Assembly: GCA_023205875.1 (NCBI GenBank) | Contig: CP060758.1 | Location: forward strand, 806,001-870,000 | Length of the DNA: 64,000 nt | Origin: Chloropicon primus | Taxonomy: Eukaryota | Direction of reading: 5' to 3' | Shown: positions 12,785-20,478 of the stretch, piece by piece | Numbering within the stretch: position 1 is the stretch's first letter | How the letters are laid out: every line of letters starts with the position of its first letter | Notes under the pieces: generated by a model | What the model was told of the DNA's origin: nothing | What the model saw: the letters and a program-made list of their open reading frames with translations, nothing else | The model's database searches: none | Position numbers and translations under genes: made by a program

Positions 12785-13315
12785 ATTAGCAAATGAATCC
12801 TCGTGTGATCGCTGGTGAGAGCGATCACACTCATGACGCTACCCGCAGGGCTTCACCAGGGCTTCGCCCTAGCTTCGGCCTGCGCTGCGTCTACGTTGCT
12901 TCTCATCATTTGATTACACGATACCATCACGCAAAAGTTACCCCGGAGGGTTACTCCCATCAGGTACCTTCGATTGTATTCTATGCGGCCCTCCACCAGC
13001 GAATCGAAACGCCTTTTTGAATGGAAGGTGACACTTCCATCCAATGTAGAGAGCCATCCGGACTACTCTCACTCCGAAGGGGAAGGAGCTGCCCCGAGTG
13101 TAAAACACTTTCATGCAGGCGTGTCGGAGCTCACCCCGGCGGTGGCGAGGCTTGGTTGGTTGGCTGTTTCAGAATCAAGAGTCTTGAAACATGTAGGCAC
13201 GCAAGGCTACTCCTTTCATCGTCCACAACCAATCACCCCGCCGATACCAGGGACTGTCGAGCTCGCACGCTCTTTGAGTCTTCGAGCTGTGGCCTCGACT
13301 ATGGGGGCGCGTTCA
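12785..13315. ncRNA. Putative large structured RNA at the 5' end of the Fanzor element (family unknown, strand uncertain)
   Basis: Consecutive stems: CAAATGA/TCATTTG, GTGTGATCGC/GCGATCACAC, GACGC..CGCAGG/CCTGCG..GCGTC, TTCGATT/AATCGAA, ATGGAAG/CTTCCAT, GAGAG/CTCTC, CACTC/GAGTG, GTTTCA/TGAAAC, GTCGAG/CTCGAC; no credible ORF. Confidence 0.5.
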
Positions 13316-13449
13316 CTTAAAAAAGAAACACAAGGAAACAAAAAACGAGAACGCAAGCCCCTCTCAGTCTCGACTAATCAAGCGCAGCTTCTTCATCATG
13401 GCTGGGCACACCATGGTGATGGGCACACGGCGTCGCCAAGGGAAGTGCT

Positions 13450-13509
13450 GGTCGCTCGGGCAGGCCGGTCGCTCGGGCAGGCCGGTCGCTCGGGCAAGCG
13501 ACCGGCCTG
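13450..13509. repeat. 17-bp tandem repeat (GGTCGCTCGGGCAGGCC x~2.8) ending in a perfect 13-bp hairpin
   Basis: Units at 13450, 13467, 13484; CAGGCCGGTCGCT (13478-13490) pairs with AGCGACCGGCCTG (13497-13509). Confidence 0.9.
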
Positions 13510-13580
13510 GTGCGACGACGGACGTTCACAACTGAGGGTGAGGGTCGTGGTCTCCGATGACACTTTCAAAATTTCCACGA

Positions 13581-13638
13581 CCACAGCCACAACCACAGCC
13601 ACAGCCACAGCCACAGCCACAGCCACAGCCACAGCCAC
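13581..13638. repeat. (CCACAG)n microsatellite upstream of Fanzor
   Basis: Visible hexamer run with one variant unit. Confidence 0.9.
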
Positions 13639-13729
13639 AACATCAAAAAAAGAGAGGAGAGGAGAGGAGAGGAGAGAGGGGGGGAGGGAGGGGGGCTGGG
13701 CACTTCCACATTAACTCTACTTCGACACC

Positions 13730-15796
13730 ATGACCTCCGACGGCCCTTCGACCTCACGTCCTACTGCCAAGCGTCTACGTGGTTCGCGTTCTCCTCGCCG
13801 ATCCCATTCAAAGAGGAGGAAGGGGAAGAAGGAGAAGGAGAAGGAGAAGAAGGGGAAGAAGAAAAAAATTTTTAGGGCGTATAAGATCGGTCTCCATTCA
13901 GCTCTCCAGCCCAGGTTGCGGGACAGCCTTGGGGTCGAATTGGAGGATGCCTCAAGAAGAATGGGGGTGATAAACCATCTCGGGACGGTGTTGATGGCCC
14001 TCCACCATGCTCGTCGGCTTGGGGAACTGCCCGGGGCTTCTGCTGATCTCGAAACCTTTCACCGTCGGTGCGGAGAGATGGTGACTGAGCTCAATCAACT
14101 CAGGGCTGAGCGGGAGGGGGGGCCGGTGGCGGACATCCAACTCCTCAAGAGGGTTTGGAGGTGTGTTCCAGCGATGGATCGGGTTTCGATAGGTCACTAC
14201 CTCCGCACCGTCTCCCACACGCCCAATTCGAGGGAACCAACGTCACAGGAACCAACGTCACAGGAGTGGAGATTGCTCCAGGCATCCATGGCGGCGTTGG
14301 TTCAGGCCGCCACAGCTGCCGAGACCTCTCTGCGTCTGCGTCTGCCATCGCGGGCGCTCCTGTCGCATGTCATCACGGAAGCTGCACTAGTTCTCAGGAC
14401 GAATTGGTCAAACTTCCTCAAGTACGGGACCTTCAATCACATGAAGCAATACCTGAGAGCAAAGTACCAACTGAACAAATCCGAGGCTGCCGCTCTCCGA
14501 GCAGCCCTTTTGAGCGAGTCGCAGCCCCGGAGACCCGACCTCGTCCAACACTACCACAACGAGCTGGCCCTCGTTCAGGGCTTTGGCGTTGCAGACTTTA
14601 TGCACGGCACCGACAACGTTCTCGACCCCGCGGAGCAAGAGAGAAACATGGTCGTGTTCAGGTATATGATGCTCAAAACGGTAGAGGCCTCGGACCTTCC
14701 GATCAAGCGTTTCACTCTGGTGCCTGTCTGCCGGGTGCAGTATCCAATGATCAATGTCTCGCGATCTTGCCTGAAACTCTGGGGCTATGATGGTGGCCGT
14801 GGGTGGGAGAAGATTTTCACCAAGAAGGTGAACAACATCGCCAAGAAGGGCCACACGAATGGACGTACCAAGGCATTCGCTAGGCACTTTCGAACCGATG
14901 GCCTCAGCGTCGTGGTCGTTGTCGAAGAGGTGATCCTCGCTCGTCCCGACAACAACTATATAGGCCAAGGGGAGCGGTGTGCCACCAAGCCTTCTCAGTT
15001 CGATCCCCGGAACACCGTGGGCGTTGATCCCGGCCGAATTTTTGTCGTCTACGCGAACATTCTGGAGAGGGGGAGGAAGAGGACCTTTTCTCTTCACCTC
15101 TCCGCTTACCGCGACCGCTGTGGTTTCACGAAGAGGAATATTTTGGCACACCAGTGGCTGAGCAGAGCCCCCAACAATCTCCAACAGAGATTGAACGACC
15201 GCGCCATTTCTCTGAAGCTCACAAGTGTAGATCGCCTCCAGGCGGCGATTGGGACCCGGCTCACCTTCCTCTCCAACGCCATCGATTTTTTGGGGCAACG
15301 GCGCTGGCGTCGAAAAGGGTTGGAGACTTTTGGGCGAAAGCAGCGAACTATGGAGTTCATAGCAAGCAAACTCTTCCCGACGGCGTCACACATCGTCTTC
15401 TACGGAGCCGCAAACTTCCCCTCTGGCATCAGGGGACGCCCTCCCGGGCCTTGCATCGGGCTCAAAAGGTTTTTGGTGACGAAGACCACACCAGGGAGAT
15501 TCTTCTTCGTCGATGAATACAACACCTCCAAGATGTGCGCAGCATGCTCTCAGAAGAACATCTCCACTGCGCTGCGGAGAGTGCACAAGAGTGATAGAAG
15601 CCGAGGAAACGGACCACCATCAAAGAAGGGACGTCCCCAGTACGGAGTTTTGTCCTGCCCCAAATGCAGTATGGAAGTGCCCCGCGACGATAACGGCTCG
15701 GACAACATCCTCGCCATCGCCAGTGCTTTCCTCCATGCACAAAATTGGTCTGTCCCACGCGAGATTTGGCCGCCAGCGCTGCGACGCCCTCTGTAG
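13730..15796 (+). CDS. Fanzor1 (eukaryotic TnpB-like RNA-guided DNA endonuclease), 688 aa, intronless
   Basis: RuvC-I VGVDPG (D433), RuvC-II VDEYNTSK (E596) adjacent to CAAC, CPKC zinc finger, RuvC-III RDDNGSDNI (D653); Fanzor1-type FTLVP, RTDGLSV and VFYGAANF segments; basic NLS-like N-terminus. Confidence 0.9.
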   Translation: MTSDGPSTSRPTAKRLRGSRSPRRSHSKRRKGKKEKEKEKKGKKKKIFRAYKIGLHSALQPRLRDSLGVELEDASRRMGVINHLGTVLMALHHARRLGELPGASADLETFHRRCGEMVTELNQLRAEREGGPVADIQLLKRVWRCVPAMDRVSIGHYLRTVSHTPNSREPTSQEPTSQEWRLLQASMAALVQAATAAETSLRLRLPSRALLSHVITEAALVLRTNWSNFLKYGTFNHMKQYLRAKYQLNKSEAAALRAALLSESQPRRPDLVQHYHNELALVQGFGVADFMHGTDNVLDPAEQERNMVVFRYMMLKTVEASDLPIKRFTLVPVCRVQYPMINVSRSCLKLWGYDGGRGWEKIFTKKVNNIAKKGHTNGRTKAFARHFRTDGLSVVVVVEEVILARPDNNYIGQGERCATKPSQFDPRNTVGVDPGRIFVVYANILERGRKRTFSLHLSAYRDRCGFTKRNILAHQWLSRAPNNLQQRLNDRAISLKLTSVDRLQAAIGTRLTFLSNAIDFLGQRRWRRKGLETFGRKQRTMEFIASKLFPTASHIVFYGAANFPSGIRGRPPGPCIGLKRFLVTKTTPGRFFFVDEYNTSKMCAACSQKNISTALRRVHKSDRSRGNGPPSKKGRPQYGVLSCPKCSMEVPRDDNGSDNILAIASAFLHAQNWSVPREIWPPALRRPL

Positions 15797-15880
15797 CGGC
15801 AAGGGCTATGGATCCAGGTTGAAACCAAGCAGGACACTGGATAAGATCTTTCTTGAGATCGAGGAGGACGTGGGAGGCCC
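15786..15880 (+). ncRNA. Putative Fanzor omegaRNA: scaffold ~15786-15860, guide from ~15861
   Basis: Stems GCCCT/AGGGC, ATCCAG/CTGGAT enclosing GGT-TGAA-ACC, and GATCT/AGATC directly 3' of the ORF, where Fanzor/TnpB omegaRNAs lie; host-gene homology starts right after the last stem. Confidence 0.6.
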
Positions 15881-16261
15881 AAGCACAGGACGTCGGGGCA
15901 TTCCAAACGAGTCCGGACAGCACCACGAGCTCATCCATCGGACCGGCAGGGCTATCCTCGTAGTTCGCGTAGTAGAAGCCTCCCAGTGTGTACCCGTTCA
16001 ACTCCACCAGAGGCATCTCCTGCACGACGACGGCAAGCGCGTCCCATCCCATCCCATCATCCAAGCGTCCGTACACAGAGTGAGAGAGTGCGTGCGTGTG
16101 CGTGCGTGTGTGTGTGTGGGGGGGGGAGTCAGTTCAGTTCAGTCCATGGTGAGTGCGACAGGAAGGTTTGCTTGTTGGGAACTTACCGGAGGGACGTATT
16201 GGCGAGCGACAGAGGACTTGACGAGGTGGAACTGATAGTGCGCGGACCCCCTGAACGTCCA
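15861..16261 (-). pseudogene. Fragment of NEOXANTHIN-DEFICIENT 1-like gene, truncated at both ends, intron 16020-16186 retained
   Basis: Spliced translation WTFRGSAHYQFHLVKSSVARQYVPPEMPLVELNGYTLGGFYYANYEDSPAGPMDELVVLSGLVWNAPTSCAWASHVL matches the NXD1 N-terminal half; in-frame stop and no ATG upstream; C-terminal half not found in the window. Confidence 0.8.
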
Positions 16262-16281
16262 ACAACCCTCCCGGGAACGTC

Positions 16282-16295
16282 AATTACGATTACAT
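16282..16295 (+). repeat. Right copy of 14-bp target-site duplication; contains the TGTAA poly(A) signal (minus strand) of the Rab3GAP gene
   Basis: AATTACGATTACAT identical to 12761-12774; abuts the TAA stop at 16295-16297. Confidence 0.9.
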
Positions 16296-18811
16296 TAGAC
16301 GGTTACAATGGAAGCGAAACGTGTCATGCTCTGGTCGAGGTCTTGGGAGAGGTAGGTGTACAACAAGGGCAAGTCCTCGGGGCCTTGGGCCTCGCCGGCG
16401 GAGGTGAACAGTTGGACCACCTGCTTGCGGAGGTGAAGGAGCATCACGCTGTCAGAGCTTTCTTCCTGCCTTCGGAAGCTTTCGCCGAAACTGAAGGAGG
16501 AGTGAAAGGGGTCCGAGAGGCTCAGCTCCAGGGTCGGGCCGTTGGAGAACTCCTTTGTGACCAGTTTGTTGACGAAGGCGTCGACAAGGAAGGCCTTGAC
16601 GTCCCCCGAAAGGAAGACCAGCTTCTGGACCACGCTCTCGGCGAAGGATATGGAGACTTCCAGCAGGTGGAGGTCGAGGCAGAGGATCGTGGCCTCCTCG
16701 TCCTTCGCGAGGTCTGAAGTCGCCAGCTTCTTCGGCAACTTCGCCACCCAGTCTTGGACGCTCTCTTTGACGCTCGAGACGAGATCTGCGATAGGCTTCA
16801 GCTCCAGGTTCCTGCTCGCTCTGAGGGTGTTCACACAATTGGACAAGCCCAGGCAGTAGAGCGACTTGAACAACTCGAGGGGGGCCACGTGCTCGAGCCA
16901 GTCCAGGGCCATCTCGGCTCTGCTGCAGAGAACGCTTTCTGCCAACCCCCCCTCGGAGTGGTCCTCTTCCTCTTGGGCGCTCGCCAAGTCATTCCACACG
17001 TCTTTCAGCCTGTCCTTGGTGAAATTGTTCCACGCAAGAGATTTGCAGAGCTTTGAGAACTCGTCGAAATACCTCGAGGACCGAAAGTGCTTCTTGAAGT
17101 CACCAAAGGACACCCCGTCCTTGGCCCTCCTGAAGGACCTTGCCATCTTCCTCGCCGCAACCCCGTGCATCTTGATCCAGACCTCTTTCTTGTTCTTCTT
17201 GTTCGAGGTCGTGGTGAACATGTAGTCATACTCACCGACGAGGTCCGAGGTGAGCATGCTCGGGTTCGAATCACCCGAGTCATTTCCCACCAAGTCGTTC
17301 GCGCTCAGGGTGCCGCCGCTCCTCAGCCCCAGAATGCAGAGCTGGATCAGCTGCACCTTCTGCTCGATGACTTGGCACGAATGGTCGATGCCCGCAAAGC
17401 CAACCATTCTCGGCAGGAGCTCCCGCTCCTCCCAGTACCCGAGCCTAATCCCCGAAATAAACCGCTTCCACAGCAAGGAGATCGCCCTTGGGTTGTCGCC
17501 ATAAGACAGGGCGTACATGGACAGGTACCCCACGAGGTTGTCCACGGGGAGGCTGTGGAGGTCGTTCTCGAGCCCCCCGAAGTTCTGCGTGACGTGAGCC
17601 CTCCGGTTGAAGATGGACTCGACCTGAGTCTCCAAAAGATTCTTCGAGGGTATCTGAGGGACCTGCGAGTATTGGTCCCAAAATGAATCCTGGGACAACT
17701 GGCTGACCCCCTTGGCCCTCTCGACCAGCTGAAAGGTGGAGTGAAAGGCGGACACCATTTGAGCAAAAAAGTAGCCACCGCTTGACTTCTTCATGGTATC
17801 CATCACATTCCTGTGCCACATGACGTCCGAGAGCACTTCGTCTTTGAGCTCGAGCTTCAAGCAGGCCTCGCCCACCGCGTCAAGGGCACTCAGAGACGAG
17901 AGCTCAAAACTCTTCACGGACTGGGAAGATCCGCTGGACCCACCCGCGCGTTGGAATGAATCGAGATCGGTCTGCACATCAGAGCAGCGGAGGTTGTCCC
18001 ACGATATTCCCAGCCTTATCCCGGCGATTGGATCTTCGTATTCTGCCCAAGGGTACCAGGGGCAAGCAGCGTTCCAGTCGTCAATCCAGATGCACATGTC
18101 GGACTCTGACTCCGGGAGGGTCCAAGTGAGTTCGAACTCTCTCGTCACACTCGCGCTCGTGCTCGCGGCCTGCCCTGCCCCCCCCGCGGCGGCGGCTCCC
18201 CGCCCCCTCTCCACGACCGATCCCGCCCTGGACTCGGAGTGGTAGCCTTCCACGACCGACAGCGGAGGCATCTCAGCTGCCTTGAGTCTTCCCGTGATAC
18301 AGTCCGTTTGCAACCGCGCCACGTGGCCCCCTGGCCTCAGGTGCACGCCTTCGAAGGACCTCCTCTGCCTGTCTCTCATCGGTATGAGCAGCGGGTGGGG
18401 GAACTTCAAGCTCGTCGCGGACGTGGACAGAGCCGACAAGAGCGCCACGCCCTCCTCCTTATCGAGAACGCAGCCCGAAAACGAGTTCGGGTAAAGCAGC
18501 ACGAAGGGCTCCCCCTCCCCCAAGGCAAGCCACTTGGACAGGTAGTGGTCCATGGGAGGGTAGTGCAAGGCCACGCTGTACTTCTCCGGCCGGAACTGCG
18601 GCAGCTTCGCTTCCAGGACCCACACATGAACCTGGTCCCCCTCGTTGTTTTCGATGACTTGGCTCGGCGATGCTGCAGCGGGAAAGTCTCTCAAACCTTC
18701 TCCGTCCTCCTGGGCCTTCTTCCATTCGCGAAGCTTGGCCTCCACCTCCGCACAGAACGCCTCCCACGCCGTCGCGGTCGTGTAGTCCAGGAACCCGTCC
18801 TCATCCTCCAT
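16295..18811 (-). CDS. RAB3GAP1: Rab3 GTPase-activating protein catalytic subunit-like
   Basis: N-terminal DYTTATAWEAFCAEVE, NPRAISLLWKRFI..WE and IDHSCQVIEQKVQLIQLCI segments. Confidence 0.7.
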   Translation of the reverse strand: MEDEDGFLDYTTATAWEAFCAEVEAKLREWKKAQEDGEGLRDFPAAASPSQVIENNEGDQVHVWVLEAKLPQFRPEKYSVALHYPPMDHYLSKWLALGEGEPFVLLYPNSFSGCVLDKEEGVALLSALSTSATSLKFPHPLLIPMRDRQRRSFEGVHLRPGGHVARLQTDCITGRLKAAEMPPLSVVEGYHSESRAGSVVERGRGAAAAGGAGQAASTSASVTREFELTWTLPESESDMCIWIDDWNAACPWYPWAEYEDPIAGIRLGISWDNLRCSDVQTDLDSFQRAGGSSGSSQSVKSFELSSLSALDAVGEACLKLELKDEVLSDVMWHRNVMDTMKKSSGGYFFAQMVSAFHSTFQLVERAKGVSQLSQDSFWDQYSQVPQIPSKNLLETQVESIFNRRAHVTQNFGGLENDLHSLPVDNLVGYLSMYALSYGDNPRAISLLWKRFISGIRLGYWEERELLPRMVGFAGIDHSCQVIEQKVQLIQLCILGLRSGGTLSANDLVGNDSGDSNPSMLTSDLVGEYDYMFTTTSNKKNKKEVWIKMHGVAARKMARSFRRAKDGVSFGDFKKHFRSSRYFDEFSKLCKSLAWNNFTKDRLKDVWNDLASAQEEEDHSEGGLAESVLCSRAEMALDWLEHVAPLELFKSLYCLGLSNCVNTLRASRNLELKPIADLVSSVKESVQDWVAKLPKKLATSDLAKDEEATILCLDLHLLEVSISFAESVVQKLVFLSGDVKAFLVDAFVNKLVTKEFSNGPTLELSLSDPFHSSFSFGESFRRQEESSDSVMLLHLRKQVVQLFTSAGEAQGPEDLPLLYTYLSQDLDQSMTRFASIVTV

Positions 18812-18999
18812 GATCTCCGAGCCCCCCCAGCTGTCACTTGTGGAGGATACCAGCCCAGCAAAGCACCAGAGAGAGAGAAGAGAGAGAGGGGGGGGTGAAT
18901 CGGTTGGTGGGAGTCCATAAGAAGTATGTCGTTTCATAAAAAATACTTGGAGATAAGGGTGTACTTTTTAGACCCTTACTTGCTGCAGAGCATCACCAG

Positions 19000-19507
19000 T
19001 TACTGCAGAGCATCAATGGAGTCCTGCTTCTCGGCCTGGGTGGCAATATCAAGAGCGGTTCTTCCGTCGATGTCTCTCTCGTTCTTGCTGGCTCCTCTCT
19101 CGAGCAAAAGCTTGCAGATTCTACCGTATCCGTGCTTGGCGGCCAAGTGGAGAGGGGTGGCACCAGTGGTGAAAGTTTTCGTGGATGGCATAGCTCCGTT
19201 GTCTAAGAGGAACTTTCCGACCTCGTAGTGACCGTTTCTGCAAGCGTAGTGAAGAGCGGTACGTCCAATGTCGTCGATCTTGTCGATGTTACTGTGGGTT
19301 GCAGGGCGAGCGGCACACCCAGAAGTCAGTCGTCTTGTTCGGGGGTGGGGATGGGGGGTCGCGTGCGGGAAAATGCGAGAAATCTCTGGCTAGGGGGACT
19401 TACCGCTTGTGTCCGAGAGGGTCCTTCATGGATCTGACGACCTCGGTCAGGAGTTTCTGACACTCCTCAATGTTTCCTCTCTCAGCGGCAAGGTGAAGCT
19501 TTCCCAT
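19000..19507 (-). CDS. Small ankyrin-repeat protein, one intron
   Basis: LHLAAERG, GRTALHYAC, GATPLHLAAKHG, GRTALDIA. Confidence 0.85.
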
Positions 19508-20238
19508 GGTTCCTGTTGTGCTAGTTCTTTGGTTATGTTCAAGATTCGCCTGGTGGTGGGTTTGGCGGGAGTGGAACGAAAAACAAGAAATACAGATCCA
19601 GGGGAAGATGCTCTCGTCAGTACGCGGTCCTTTTGTGGCTTCCGGCCGAGTTCGTCTTGCAGCGGTGTTTCCGTCCTCGCATCCCACACACACGCTGCGG
19701 AGGGCAGGGAGACTCACGGGCGGGACGCAAACCCTGGAGAGAAAAACCACAACCAAGTCCAGCCCAGCCCAAGCTGCAATCTTTGGACACCTTTTTCGTG
19801 TGTGTGTTCGGCGTCGATATTCCTTTTCGGGGAGGCCTCTCCAGTTCTCTTCCCTTCTTCAAGCCCGCCCCCCGCCCTCACCCCTCACCTCCTCGCCGCG
19901 TCTCGCCGCGTCTCGTCCCTTACCTACGGTGCGCTTGGACTCAAGTGGACTAACTTTTAGGGTCAGGGGTCTGGCCTCAATTCTTTGTCTCTGAATCGAC
20001 GGCGTCCCTGTGACAGATCGGAGGGGAGGGGAGGGGAGGAGACAAGAACTTAACAAGGGTTCACCACACACACGAGCCCGAGTGGGGAGGGAGGAACAAA
20101 GGAAAAGAAAGGAAAGAGAAAGAGAAAGAGAAAGAGGAGGAGGGGAGAGCCGTGAGTGCAGTGCAGTTCTCTCCTTTTTTATCTTAGGGTAATTGAACAC
20201 GGGATGCGTGGCGTGACCATTGTGTTGGGTCACTAGAT

Positions 20239-20478
20239 TGACTAGAGGGGAGAGGGGGAGGCCCCCCACGTGTCCTCTACAAGAGGTTTTGTCCTAAAAC
20301 CTAAAGCATTTAGCACACTCAGCCATTGAGACGACATTGAGACGACATTGAGACGACATTGAGACGACATTGAGACGACATTGAGACGACATTGAGACGA
20401 CATTGAGACGACATTGAGACGACATTGAGACGACATTGAGACAGGGGTCGGGGGACCCCTCCCTACCTCCTCTAGTCA
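20239..20478. repeat. Imperfect inverted repeat enclosing the minisatellite (MITE-like or RNA stem)
   Basis: TGACTAGAGG (20239-20248) and CCTCTAGTCA (20469-20478), extendable with mismatches. Confidence 0.6.
20324..20442. repeat. Perfect 11-bp minisatellite (CATTGAGACGA) x10.8
   Basis: Direct count of units starting at 20324 and ending in a partial unit at 20434. Confidence 0.97.

Larger units (their letters stand above)
12775..16281 (+). mobile_element. Non-autonomous Fanzor1-carrying insertion, 3507 bp, flanked by a 14-bp direct repeat
   Basis: Exact 14-bp direct repeats; removing the insert leaves the Rab3GAP stop ~115-130 bp from the RRP3 start, a normal spacing for this window; contains Fanzor ORF and a truncated host-gene fragment. 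Confidence 0.8.

Noticed and set aside
12785..13315. Assignment as group I or II intron, U3 snoRNA, RNase P/MRP, HDV/hammerhead ribozyme, HEARO or telomerase RNA
   Set aside because: Only isolated short resemblances (CTACGTT, RTGATGA..CTGA, GTGCG, TAGTCC); no complete catalytic core, domain V or template could be built by eye.
12974..13714. 246-aa ORF as a transposase/TnpA partner
   Set aside because: No HUH, serine recombinase or DDE motifs; it runs through microsatellites and the structured region.
15462..16076. 204-aa minus-strand ORF as a real gene
   Set aside because: Chimera of intron sequence, an NXD1 exon fragment and antisense Fanzor sequence.
12775..16281. Classification as Helitron, TIR transposon or LINE
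   Set aside because: No Rep-Hel, DDE transposase or RT ORF; ends are not inverted repeats; no poly(A) tail at either TSD junction.
20324..20442. CRISPR-like array
   Set aside because: 11-bp units are contiguous with no spacers; eukaryotic context and no cas genes.
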